Positions 44,774-54,590 of a DNA stretch of 62,019 bases are shown here, one piece after another. The notes beneath the pieces were generated by a model. It searched no databases. It had not been told where the DNA came from and was given only the letters and a program-made list of their open reading frames with translations. The stretch's first letter is position 1. Every line of letters begins with the position of its first letter. The translations under genes were made by a program, and so were the position numbers. Source of the DNA: Clostridia bacterium (GTDB taxonomy: Bacteria; Bacillota; Clostridia; UBA1381). The DNA is taken from NCBI GenBank assembly GCA_034101885.1, contig JAXEIW010000042.1:1-62019 (forward strand), in the 5' to 3' direction.

Positions 44774-47700
44774 TCAGTTGGAATTATTTCTCAATTTATA
44801 CTGTCTTATCTCTCCGTTACCCGAAATAACATTTATATATTTTGCCAACTCACCATCAAGAATATATACCGAAGCATATTTCCCTGATGGGACAGCCGTA
44901 ACCGCAAGAGCATCAAGTTCTTTCTTTGAATACTCGGTATTATAGCTGTAGGTATCTGCGGAGAAATCTTTATATTCCTCACCGTTTATTAAAATATCGG
45001 AAAGATAATTGTTTATTCCGTAGGTGTCGGGAGCCATAACCACAATATTATCAATGTAATACACACCCTTATCCTCCGCTCCGCTTGTAAATATCAGCTC
45101 TCTTATTTCCTCAAGCTTATTAAGCATCGGAACATTTTGTGCAACAGGCGTATTGTCAAGATACAAATCATAGCTTGACTTGCTGACATCTGCAACAAAC
45201 TTTATCGTATACCATTTATTTGCCTCCAATGTACCTACGATAAAATTTTTATTGTAATCCGCATACAACGTTCCGCTTTCGAATACGGCGGAAGCTACCA
45301 TCATTCCCGTTTTGCCGCCGTAAAGCGAAACTGCAAAATTTCCGCTCTGCGGTTCATACTTAAAATCAACGGACAGCTCAATATATTTCTGCGGATAAAA
45401 TCTCTTTTTATTCATAGCCGCCTGGGAATCAACGTCATTATACATAAGTACGGTATTGGACGGATTGTTTTCCTCTCTTACAACACGGTAATCAAATCTT
45501 TCGGGAGTGTAAAAATTAGGTGTTACATAAAAATCCGCAGGTCTTGTATCAAGTGCGTCATTTGAAAAATCATTATAATATAACAGCGACAATTTCTCAT
45601 TCCGGTATATTTTTGTACTGAATTCATTTTCCGCCTCGCGGCATTTGTATAAAACCGTTTTGTATTCTTCATTTGTCTGCGCCTGCGTCATAAGAGCTTC
45701 AATATCGTTAATCCTTGCAAGCATTTCCTTTTTGAATCCTTTGGGATATTTTCCGTTCTGCTCACCCTCGTCCGCATTTAAAAACAGTGCCTTTACCTTA
45801 ATATATTCATTTTCAACAAGCTCTTTTGTGGTAACAGTTGAAAAACTCTGTATTCCTCCGTCATTTATGCAGTTTCCTCTTCCCATTTTCCATATTGTAT
45901 TCACATACCAATAATATGTCTTATCGGGAGAAAGGTTTGTAGTATATTCCGCTGTCTGAGTTTTATATCTGTTTACGCCCACTGAAAATTGTTCATCTTC
46001 GGCAATAACAAGCTCATATGCGGAAACTCCTTTTGAGAAAATATCCTCCCATTTAAAGGTCACTTTGGTATCTACATTTTCGGCGTTCTGTGCGGGATAA
46101 TAGGTCTTTGGTCCTTCCGGCATTGAATAGAATACCGTTCTTTGAACGTCCTCCCTGAATCCGCCGTTATAAATACCGATTTCATCTATCGGTATATCGG
46201 TAAAGTCGGGAATATACTCTCTTATCTTATCAAAATCAATATCAAAGAAATTCTCAGGGTTAAAACTAAGCTCCTCGTCTGTAAAATAATGATTTCCGTT
46301 AAAGGTAGAACCCGCCGCCTCCATCTGCGGAATCTTCTTCATTTGCGTTGCATACGCAGCTTCTCCCACATTAAATACCGCGTTATTGTCCACATGTACA
46401 CCCTCTTTAGGTCGGTATTTAACCTTATCTCTGTTTATCAGCTTTTCATAATCCTCATATGCGTCGGGGAATTTTTCCTTAAGTTTAGGATAATAATCAC
46501 CGTGCAGCAGGCATACTCCGTCAAAATGTGACAGACACATTGCCGCATAATCCTCGGTATCAAGCGCAACATACTGACTTCTTTCCAATTCTCTTGTGCT
46601 TCCGTCAAGACAATATACAATATTATTCTTAAAACTGTTGTTTTTACCGCTTGACTGGAAGGGAGAATATGCGTTTATTACTATATTTCCGTACACCTCA
46701 AAGCCCGATGAACGGTCATCAAGATAAATTCCGTTTGTATAGGATTTTTTACCGCCGGGTATATCCTTTACAATGTTATATCTGTATTTATTTCCGTAGC
46801 CGATAGCTCCGGTATATGCATATAAGCCTCCGACATCATCAGAATCATAAGCAACGTTCTCCAAAACATTATACTCTACGGTGTTGCCTACACCTATAAT
46901 ACCCATACCGCCTTTGGGAACATTATATATATAATTATGTCTGAATATTGCTCCGCAATTATAGCCTATACCTGTCGCAGCGTTGCTTGTTTCAAGCCCG
47001 ACATCATGAAATATACAGTTTTCAACTAAATTATTACAATCATTTAAAAGGTACACCGAAGCTCCCGCTTTCGTATCTCCTCTCATACTAACCGCCGTAT
47101 CACCGAGATTATAAAAATTACAGTCTCTTACAGTACTGTTAATTCCCCACATATATACTCCCATCTTTGTTCCGTTGGAAAAATCACAGCCTGCAATAAA
47201 TATATTATTTCCGTGGGTTGTTATTAAATCATTTGTAGCGTATCGCCAGTCTATTTTGTACATATTTATATATTCCGAGCCGTAATCGAAGTAAGCAATT
47301 CCGGATTCAGACATAGAAATAAATAAACCCTCATTATTATCTACCGGGATAAAGCATACTTTTTTTGAAAGATAATCAATAACATAATCACCCTCATCCG
47401 ACATTTCCGATAAAAGATTATAAAAATATGCGCTTGCATCAACATTATAATTTGATGAATCTGTCGTTCTTGTTATCATAAGAGTCATATTCTCAGAGTC
47501 AATATCAGCAATTCTTCCCTGACCTACAGTAAACATTGTTCCCATTGTTCCGAAAATTCTTCCGTTAGCGTCTACGTCATCCTTATCCCAATTCAACATT
47601 CCTGGATTATCAATAAGATAATTACAATCCTTAATAACATTAGCGTCTATATTTGGATTTACCAAATCTATCGGTCCTCCAAGCTCTATTCTTCCGCTTT

Positions 47701-48832
47701 TAGGCCATTTTGCATTTGTGTATCCGGCCGATACAACATCTATAATCTGTTTGCTGTTTGTTGGGTTTTCGATATTATCGACTCCCAAATCGGCAAAATC
47801 CACATAGTAAACCTTATCATGATCGGCTTTTTTAATTCTCTTTAAAACATTTTCATCTGTAAGCTTTTTAAATCCGCTTCTCGGTATATATTTAGCTGTT
47901 GTAAACGTTACCTCCTCATTATTATAGGCGCTGTATATAACCGGACTTTCTTCCGTTCCCGAATCCTCCGCGGTAAAATTCAGTCCCTCCGGAATACTGT
48001 AAACGCCTCCCATTACAAGCACGGCAACGCCGTCTTGAGGATAACCGTTTTTCTTTATCTGTTTTACTCTTTCCTTTGCCTCCTGAATTGTCGCGTATGG
48101 ATTCTCAAAGCTACCGTCTCCGTTGATGTTTCCCGATTTTACATATATCTTTACCGCATTCTGTTTAACAGGCTGAATATACACGTCCTTTTTTGCAAGA
48201 GTGCGTACATATTCCTCCTTTTCCTTTTCAGGTTCCGGAATTTCCATATAAAATGAATCGGCATCTACAGCTTCGCTTATAAGCTCAGCCTTGAATGCGC
48301 AAAAAACTATTCTCTTGCCGCTGAAAGTTTTTATGCCGGTATATCTTGTATCATAGCCGATTGTGATATATGCGTCACCGCCGGCTTTCATGTCAAATTC
48401 ACCCAATTCAATCCAACCCTCGGGATCGGTATATGTTTTTTGTGAAAAATATGTTGACGACAGTTCTTCGTCATTTATTCCGTCATAGAAACGTGCGACA
48501 ACATCGGTTCCGTTGGAATACTGAGCGTTGTAGTAACTCAGTTTGTACTTTCCGCTTATGGTAATCTTGGGCTGAATCTTGATTTTTGCCTCTCCGCTGT
48601 TATAAAGTGAAGACTTGTAATACCCTTCCTCCGTAAGATAATCAACAGTAAGCTTACCCATACTTCCTTCACCGTCAATAATCGTTATTTCTTCGGCGGT
48701 TCGGTCGGAAATCAAAATTGTTGAGGACGTATTTTCAAGAGTTAAATCCCCAAAATTATTTGCTGCCAAGCTTTCTGCAGTGCAAATCAGCATAATTGCC
48801 GCCGCTAAAAATAAACTAAGAATTTTCTTCAT
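44774..48832 (-). CDS. Secreted right-handed parallel beta-helix protein (1352 aa) with FN3-like, jelly-roll and C-terminal cadherin-like beta-sandwich modules
   Basis: It has a signal peptide. The N-terminal cap is GDGSFENPYATIQEAKERV...VLVMGGVY...SPVIYSAY. PbH1-like repeats include GCDFSNG..VRDCNFYNLGDTAV...ENCIFHDVG...DSDDVGGLYAY. The C-terminus is LSDILINGEEYKDFSADTYSYN. Confidence 0.7.
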   Translation of the reverse strand: MKKILSLFLAAAIMLICTAESLAANNFGDLTLENTSSTILISDRTAEEITIIDGEGSMGKLTVDYLTEEGYYKSSLYNSGEAKIKIQPKITISGKYKLSYYNAQYSNGTDVVARFYDGINDEELSSTYFSQKTYTDPEGWIELGEFDMKAGGDAYITIGYDTRYTGIKTFSGKRIVFCAFKAELISEAVDADSFYMEIPEPEKEKEEYVRTLAKKDVYIQPVKQNAVKIYVKSGNINGDGSFENPYATIQEAKERVKQIKKNGYPQDGVAVLVMGGVYSIPEGLNFTAEDSGTEESPVIYSAYNNEEVTFTTAKYIPRSGFKKLTDENVLKRIKKADHDKVYYVDFADLGVDNIENPTNSKQIIDVVSAGYTNAKWPKSGRIELGGPIDLVNPNIDANVIKDCNYLIDNPGMLNWDKDDVDANGRIFGTMGTMFTVGQGRIADIDSENMTLMITRTTDSSNYNVDASAYFYNLLSEMSDEGDYVIDYLSKKVCFIPVDNNEGLFISMSESGIAYFDYGSEYINMYKIDWRYATNDLITTHGNNIFIAGCDFSNGTKMGVYMWGINSTVRDCNFYNLGDTAVSMRGDTKAGASVYLLNDCNNLVENCIFHDVGLETSNAATGIGYNCGAIFRHNYIYNVPKGGMGIIGVGNTVEYNVLENVAYDSDDVGGLYAYTGAIGYGNKYRYNIVKDIPGGKKSYTNGIYLDDRSSGFEVYGNIVINAYSPFQSSGKNNSFKNNIVYCLDGSTRELERSQYVALDTEDYAAMCLSHFDGVCLLHGDYYPKLKEKFPDAYEDYEKLINRDKVKYRPKEGVHVDNNAVFNVGEAAYATQMKKIPQMEAAGSTFNGNHYFTDEELSFNPENFFDIDFDKIREYIPDFTDIPIDEIGIYNGGFREDVQRTVFYSMPEGPKTYYPAQNAENVDTKVTFKWEDIFSKGVSAYELVIAEDEQFSVGVNRYKTQTAEYTTNLSPDKTYYWYVNTIWKMGRGNCINDGGIQSFSTVTTKELVENEYIKVKALFLNADEGEQNGKYPKGFKKEMLARINDIEALMTQAQTNEEYKTVLYKCREAENEFSTKIYRNEKLSLLYYNDFSNDALDTRPADFYVTPNFYTPERFDYRVVREENNPSNTVLMYNDVDSQAAMNKKRFYPQKYIELSVDFKYEPQSGNFAVSLYGGKTGMMVASAVFESGTLYADYNKNFIVGTLEANKWYTIKFVADVSKSSYDLYLDNTPVAQNVPMLNKLEEIRELIFTSGAEDKGVYYIDNIVVMAPDTYGINNYLSDILINGEEYKDFSADTYSYNTEYSKKELDALAVTAVPSGKYASVYILDGELAKYINVISGNGEIRQYKLRNNSN

Positions 48833-48853
48833 CCGATTTTCCTCCTTATAACA

Positions 48854-49522
48854 TTATTTGTCCAATACTTTATCCATATTTTTACAGACATTTGTCAGAT
48901 TAAATATTATTTCCGCCGCCTGCAGTCTTGTAATTGCCTTGTTCGGTTCAAAATTATCCTTAGCCCCATACAAAGCCTTATAATCGGTAAATTCAAGTCT
49001 TGGCACAAAACCCAGCATGATTCCTCTTATGATATATCTTTTAGCCCACTGCGGAATTTGCGGATAATTCTGCAAACCTCCGATTATTGTTGAAGAATTA
49101 TATTTCAGTTCTCCGTATTTGTTTTCATATACGGAAACAAGAATTTTTGCCGCCTCACACACCGTTATATTATTATTCGGTTTAAATTCGCTCCCATAGC
49201 CGTTTATAATACCTCTGCCAAAAAGACAGGAAACATCATGGTAATAATATGCATTGAAACTGACATCGGAAAATTCCGAAGTATAATTATTTTTATCATA
49301 TCCCATAGCTCTCACAACCATAGCGCAAAATTCCGCTCTTGTCACATTAACGTCCGGCGAAAATTCCGATGGACCTGTTCCGTTTATAATCCCGGCATCA
49401 TATAACGCTTCAACAGCCGGTTCAAGCTCATTTTCAGCCAGGTCGGAAAATACCCCTTGACCGAATACCGTACAGCTAAAAACAGATATGCTTGCCAATA
49501 TTAAACTTAAAAGCTTTTTCAT
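48854..49522 (-). CDS. Small secreted SLH-only protein (222 aa)
   Basis: It has a signal peptide. SLH repeats FSDLAENELEPAVEALYDAGIINGTGPSEFSPDVNVTRAEF and FSDVSFNAYYYHDVSCLFGRGIINGY, plus a third degenerate one. No other domain is present. Confidence 0.75.
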   Translation of the reverse strand: MKKLLSLILASISVFSCTVFGQGVFSDLAENELEPAVEALYDAGIINGTGPSEFSPDVNVTRAEFCAMVVRAMGYDKNNYTSEFSDVSFNAYYYHDVSCLFGRGIINGYGSEFKPNNNITVCEAAKILVSVYENKYGELKYNSSTIIGGLQNYPQIPQWAKRYIIRGIMLGFVPRLEFTDYKALYGAKDNFEPNKAITRLQAAEIIFNLTNVCKNMDKVLDK

Positions 49523-49540
49523 TATAACTTCACTCCTTTT

Positions 49541-52500
49541 TTATTGCAAAATCTTTCTTTCCGTAAGAGGACGCATTTTCTGCACCTCACTCCACACAAA
49601 TAACCTTACCTCATGCTTTTCGATATTGTTTTCAAACTCAAAATCATATTTTGACGCATTTCTCAAAATTCCTCTTGACAATTCAATAAACCGGTCCCCG
49701 TCATACATTCCCGCAAATATCCGGCATTCCCCGTTAATATTGTAAACATCGGTACTAAGCAGATTTTGGGATATTGTCACATTCTCAGCATATATATCCC
49801 CTTGAGCCGCTTTCAGTAAACGTGATGAATTGTCTATTTTGGATTTTATATCTTCAGAGAAAAATTTTGTCATATCGTCATACTCCGCTTTTAACTCCGA
49901 AACCGCTTCTTTGTCGGACAAATCAAGCATTGAAATCTTTCTTTCCATATCATCAAGCTGCGACTTTACCGTAATGTTTTCTATCTTTGCCGTTCCGGCT
50001 GCATTTCTGATTATTTGAAGTGAGTTTAGCGCTCCGGCATCTTTTAACGTTATATAATCATCCGAATATTTTTCATCTTGCTCAGTCTTTGAATATTTGT
50101 CGAGTTCTTTCCATTCTCCCATACTGTTTTTATACCATATTCTCATCTGTAAATCGTAAGGATTATATTGAAGTTTAAACTCCGTTCCGTATTTTGTATT
50201 AAAATCCCATTGGGTGTTTAAAAAATGGCCGTACGGGTATCTTGCACCCAGCTGATTTACACTGTAATTGCATATAAAATTAATGTTGTTTCCGAAACAA
50301 AGACTGATATTTCCGAATTTTTCGGCTGTCAATTTAAATTGTATTTCCAAAACATCATCATATATATAATCAAGCGAAAATCTTTTGTCTATTCCGAAAG
50401 CAATATCCAACGGATTTTTTCCGGCATTTGCACTTACAGCCTCCTCTGTTACCGAAAGCACATAATTAAGTTTTTCGTCACAGGCAACATCAAGTGAATC
50501 AGAAAGCGTTTTTCCATCGGGATAGTTTAATGTCATACTTGCAACAGTATATTTTATATCATCATCATATAAAAGTACGGCAGTGTGAATTTTAACCTTT
50601 CCGCAGTATACTTTTTCCTCCGATTCAAGCCGTACATCATACTCGCCCAACATCTGCATTACCTCATCATTTACCGACAAGGTATTTTGCGTTATAGAAT
50701 ATTTTTCCTTAGATATTAACTTATCGTTTATGTATAAATCATAATCTGACGCAGTATTGTCAAATATAAAATCAACGCTTCCCGTTCTTTCATAGACGTC
50801 GTTTTCAACAGCGGTGAGAGAATACTTAAATTCCGTTTTTGCACTCTCATATGCTGTATAGAACTCCTGCATATCCGCATATTCATTGCCCTTAAGCTTT
50901 TCACACAGCAAAGCGCTGTCTATGCTGTCATGCGTTATAATTCCGTCAATATCCTTTATTTTTTCAAGCTGCTCCGCAACCATATTCGCATCGGTTCCCG
51001 AATTTACCATTGATATAAAGCCCGAATATAAGTCACCGATATATTTTCCGTATTTGAAATACGTCTCCGGGATTTCATTCTCAGCAGCTTCGTTAACCGA
51101 TAGTGTGATGCTCGTGCTTGTACCGTAAAAGCTCTTCACAGATACTCTGTATTCTCCTGCACAGGCAAACAAATCCGCATTTATCATGAGCCTGTTTTTT
51201 TGTTCCGGGCCATTATTGTCTATAACGTCATAATTCAGATAATAGTCATAATATTCGTGCAGCTTTCTCCCGTTTAAATATACGCTCTCAATTCCCACTC
51301 CCTCGTTAAAATCAAAAACCTTGGAAGTGTTGGCGGTATTGCCGCCTATATGTCTTAGACCTATATCCTCAACGGCTTTTTCGGTGTATATTCCGATTTT
51401 TGAATAATCCTGATATTCCACTCCCAATTCCCGGGCACGACTCGGCAAAAGCTGAAAATCGCCATCGGAATAATCCGCAAATCCTATGTCGGTGTCATAA
51501 TATGTATTGTTGTAAATTCTGCCATATTTTTCGTCAACAGGTATACTGTTGCTGTCATATTCCGGCACTTTTTTTCTGAGTGATATATTAACAAACAAGT
51601 TATTATAGCATTCTGTCATTGTCTGTGTAAAGTCCGTTTTTTCATTCTTCATATAGTTAAGCGTTTCATAAAGCTGAGGAAAGCTTTCCTCCCATACCGT
51701 TATATTTTCATAAGCCGGCGGCGCAACGGTATAATAATATTTAGGATATGCACTCGGCAGTGCTATTATCTGCTCAAAATTCATTCCCTTATTTTTATAC
51801 AAAGCATATGAATTGCCGACACCGACATTCTCTACATCAATATAAATATTGTTTGAATAATAATTCGGATACAGTGCCATGCCTGTTGACGCCATAGGAA
51901 TACTTTCAATCAAATTAAACTGCATATCCTTATACATATCTCCGTTATCATAATATACAGCGGTTCTTCCCGCATACGGAGCGCTGCCGCATCTCGGATC
52001 ATCCGTACGGGTATCATGGAAATAGTTATAGCGTATTTTATCACCAAGGTTTGACCCCTGATAATTTATATATATAATTCCCATATCCTCCAAGCCCGAG
52101 CATAAACAGTCGCAAAATTCATTGTAGACAATATTTGTGTTTATTATGCTTCCGCTTATTGCGCTTCCCAAACAATACATAAACTTGTTATTTCTAATAT
52201 CAAAGTCCGCTCCCGTTAAAATAAGACCTGAACCGTAAGTGTTTGCGTAAATACCCGATTTTTTTACAACATTATTTTCAAATGTAAAATTGCAGCCTTC
52301 AAGAGTAAGCGCGTTTCCGCTTTTCACCTCACAGGCAGGATAACCGGTATTTAAAAATTCACATCCGTAAATCGAGTGATTTTTTCCGTTATATCCTGTC
52401 TGATAAAAGCTTCTGTACCCCGTTGCTTCATCGGTATTAAGAGGCTTACTGAAAATCATTTGCGATGCTGTATAACCGTATTGTCCGATTGACACTCCCA

Positions 52501-54556
52501 TACCGGAACAATTTTTAAATCCACAGTTTTTTATATCTATATACTCTCCGCCCATTATCTTTATAAAAGAGCCTTTTGTCATATCAAAACATATTCCTTC
52601 AAAAGATATGTTGCTGCAATTATTAAAGTTAAGAAAATATTTTTCACTGAAAGTTGTTACCTTTACCTGCTTATCTTTAAAATCATCTTCACTGTAAACA
52701 TATATAATTCCTTCCCTTGTTATATAATACTCGTTTTTGCAGTCAAGCTCAGATAAAACATTTTCAAAAAAATACCTGCTTCCCTTAACAGGATATACAC
52801 TCGAATCCGCACTTGCCAGCTTAACTGTCATATTTTCATTATCTATTTCAGCCACTCTGAAAGATTGATAAAAGAAATATGTACACCATGCCCCTGAAAT
52901 GAGAATATCATCGGTATTCTTCCAGTTTTTAGCATTTTCATAATTTATTTTAAATTCAGGACGGGTAAGCGTCAGTGATGAATTTTGAGGATCAACGCTG
53001 CCCTTTTCTATCACATCGCCTACAGACAGATACGTTGTATATGGGTTTTCCGGATATTTTTCATTTTCCGTCTTATTCGGGTATCTTGCCAAGTCAAGCT
53101 GAACATCGTCAATGCTCACCGACATCCTCTTTGGTATATTATTGCCGTCATACCCGGCGTTTTTTAATTTCCCGGACTTAAATTCATCAAGATTATAGTC
53201 CAGTTCATCTGCTGTTATTCCCGCCTGTTTTAAATCGTATTTATAAATTTTCCCAACGCTCGATGCAGGTATTCCTGCCTCCTGCGCTTCATCCGCTCCC
53301 ACTTTCAAAAACTCATCGGAGGAAATGCTTTTTCCGCCCTTTAAAACAGGCTTCTCATTTTCGTACGCTTTGTATGTAATGCTTGAAAATACATTCCCCG
53401 AATCATCTTGTGTAAAATCAACAGTCCTGTCTATATCATACTCGCCGCCGCGAAAATATACCGTAATATCTGTATTTTTATTTTCCATGCTGCGTATTTT
53501 ATCACGAGCACCCTGAATGGTTTTCAGCGGATTATTAATATCTCCCGAATTATTATCATCACCCATTGGAGATACAAAAATTTGTGTATTATCTTCCTCA
53601 TTCAATTCCTCATAGGCATAAATATTCAAGTTATCAATGACCGCTGTCGCATTTGTACCTCTGGTTTTGAAGGCTATTGCAGGTGTTATGGAAGAATCAT
53701 AGCTAAAGGATAATGTATCTGTTTCCTCTCCGTTAGTTACAGAACAGCTTGCCGTATTACCGTTTACAGAGGTTTTAAATCCGCAGTAAAATCCACCGAT
53801 ACTCATACTTTTGTTATCACCTAAATAGGTAATTCCATCCTCTTTAAGACTTAGATTTCTTATATAAAAGGTCATTTTGTCGGCAGATGTCGTAATATAC
53901 GGTGCCGAAAGACCGTTGCCATAATAATTTCCTACCGTCAAACCGCACTGAAGACTGCTTCCGGCGTTCAAAAGTTCTGTTTCTCCTTCAAATACAAATC
54001 TATTCAGATTTGCAAAATCCTTTTTTAAATTCAAGCTGCCTGTATTAAAGAGAAGCCGCGGAATTGCAACGGCAGTAGACGCTAAACTCATTTTCATTTT
54101 TTTATTGTCTTCTTCCGTAATAAGACTTAATGCTCCGTTGTTCCCCGCATCGGCGCCGTTTGCTCCCGAAATCCAATTTTCATATAATGCGTCACTGTTA
54201 TCATAATCTTCAAAATCCTCCGAAAAATAGGATTTCAGCATAAAAGTTTTTTTTACTCTGTAATCCTCTGCCGTTATTACAGCGCCGTATCTTTCATTAA
54301 GTAAAAGCTTTTCGGATAGTTTTGCATAAGCTCTTTTCCCTGTTGCTTCAAGAGCAACGGTCTGAACAGTTCCGTTTTTATCAACCAAATTAAGCGTAAC
54401 GGGAATATATTCCAAATCCGTATTAAATTCCAATTCTATATAATCCCGCTCAGCATACATTTCCACAAGCTCCGTACTGCTTGTGTTTTCTGCCGACACT
54501 GTAACTCCGCCGCAAAAAAACACAGCTGCCATCAATATGGATATAACTCTCCTCAA
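49541..54556 (-). CDS. Secreted right-handed parallel beta-helix protein (~1670 aa) with Ig-like + jelly-roll N-terminus
   Basis: Signal peptide (M)RRVISILMAAVFFCGGVTVSA. The cap is VSPMGDDNNSGDINNPLKTIQGARDKI...VYFRGGEY...ITYKAY. PbH1-like repeats include ISFEGICFD..IKNCGFKNCSGMGV...GLEDMGIIYINY. The start is uncertain: TTG 54556 best fits the SD AAAGGGGGGTG, and GTG 54565 or TTG 54598 are alternatives. Confidence 0.7.
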   Translation of the reverse strand: MRRVISILMAAVFFCGGVTVSAENTSSTELVEMYAERDYIELEFNTDLEYIPVTLNLVDKNGTVQTVALEATGKRAYAKLSEKLLLNERYGAVITAEDYRVKKTFMLKSYFSEDFEDYDNSDALYENWISGANGADAGNNGALSLITEEDNKKMKMSLASTAVAIPRLLFNTGSLNLKKDFANLNRFVFEGETELLNAGSSLQCGLTVGNYYGNGLSAPYITTSADKMTFYIRNLSLKEDGITYLGDNKSMSIGGFYCGFKTSVNGNTASCSVTNGEETDTLSFSYDSSITPAIAFKTRGTNATAVIDNLNIYAYEELNEEDNTQIFVSPMGDDNNSGDINNPLKTIQGARDKIRSMENKNTDITVYFRGGEYDIDRTVDFTQDDSGNVFSSITYKAYENEKPVLKGGKSISSDEFLKVGADEAQEAGIPASSVGKIYKYDLKQAGITADELDYNLDEFKSGKLKNAGYDGNNIPKRMSVSIDDVQLDLARYPNKTENEKYPENPYTTYLSVGDVIEKGSVDPQNSSLTLTRPEFKINYENAKNWKNTDDILISGAWCTYFFYQSFRVAEIDNENMTVKLASADSSVYPVKGSRYFFENVLSELDCKNEYYITREGIIYVYSEDDFKDKQVKVTTFSEKYFLNFNNCSNISFEGICFDMTKGSFIKIMGGEYIDIKNCGFKNCSGMGVSIGQYGYTASQMIFSKPLNTDEATGYRSFYQTGYNGKNHSIYGCEFLNTGYPACEVKSGNALTLEGCNFTFENNVVKKSGIYANTYGSGLILTGADFDIRNNKFMYCLGSAISGSIINTNIVYNEFCDCLCSGLEDMGIIYINYQGSNLGDKIRYNYFHDTRTDDPRCGSAPYAGRTAVYYDNGDMYKDMQFNLIESIPMASTGMALYPNYYSNNIYIDVENVGVGNSYALYKNKGMNFEQIIALPSAYPKYYYTVAPPAYENITVWEESFPQLYETLNYMKNEKTDFTQTMTECYNNLFVNISLRKKVPEYDSNSIPVDEKYGRIYNNTYYDTDIGFADYSDGDFQLLPSRARELGVEYQDYSKIGIYTEKAVEDIGLRHIGGNTANTSKVFDFNEGVGIESVYLNGRKLHEYYDYYLNYDVIDNNGPEQKNRLMINADLFACAGEYRVSVKSFYGTSTSITLSVNEAAENEIPETYFKYGKYIGDLYSGFISMVNSGTDANMVAEQLEKIKDIDGIITHDSIDSALLCEKLKGNEYADMQEFYTAYESAKTEFKYSLTAVENDVYERTGSVDFIFDNTASDYDLYINDKLISKEKYSITQNTLSVNDEVMQMLGEYDVRLESEEKVYCGKVKIHTAVLLYDDDIKYTVASMTLNYPDGKTLSDSLDVACDEKLNYVLSVTEEAVSANAGKNPLDIAFGIDKRFSLDYIYDDVLEIQFKLTAEKFGNISLCFGNNINFICNYSVNQLGARYPYGHFLNTQWDFNTKYGTEFKLQYNPYDLQMRIWYKNSMGEWKELDKYSKTEQDEKYSDDYITLKDAGALNSLQIIRNAAGTAKIENITVKSQLDDMERKISMLDLSDKEAVSELKAEYDDMTKFFSEDIKSKIDNSSRLLKAAQGDIYAENVTISQNLLSTDVYNINGECRIFAGMYDGDRFIELSRGILRNASKYDFEFENNIEKHEVRLFVWSEVQKMRPLTERKILQ

Positions 54557-54590
54557 TAACTTCACACCCCCCTTTATAAAATAACTGTTT

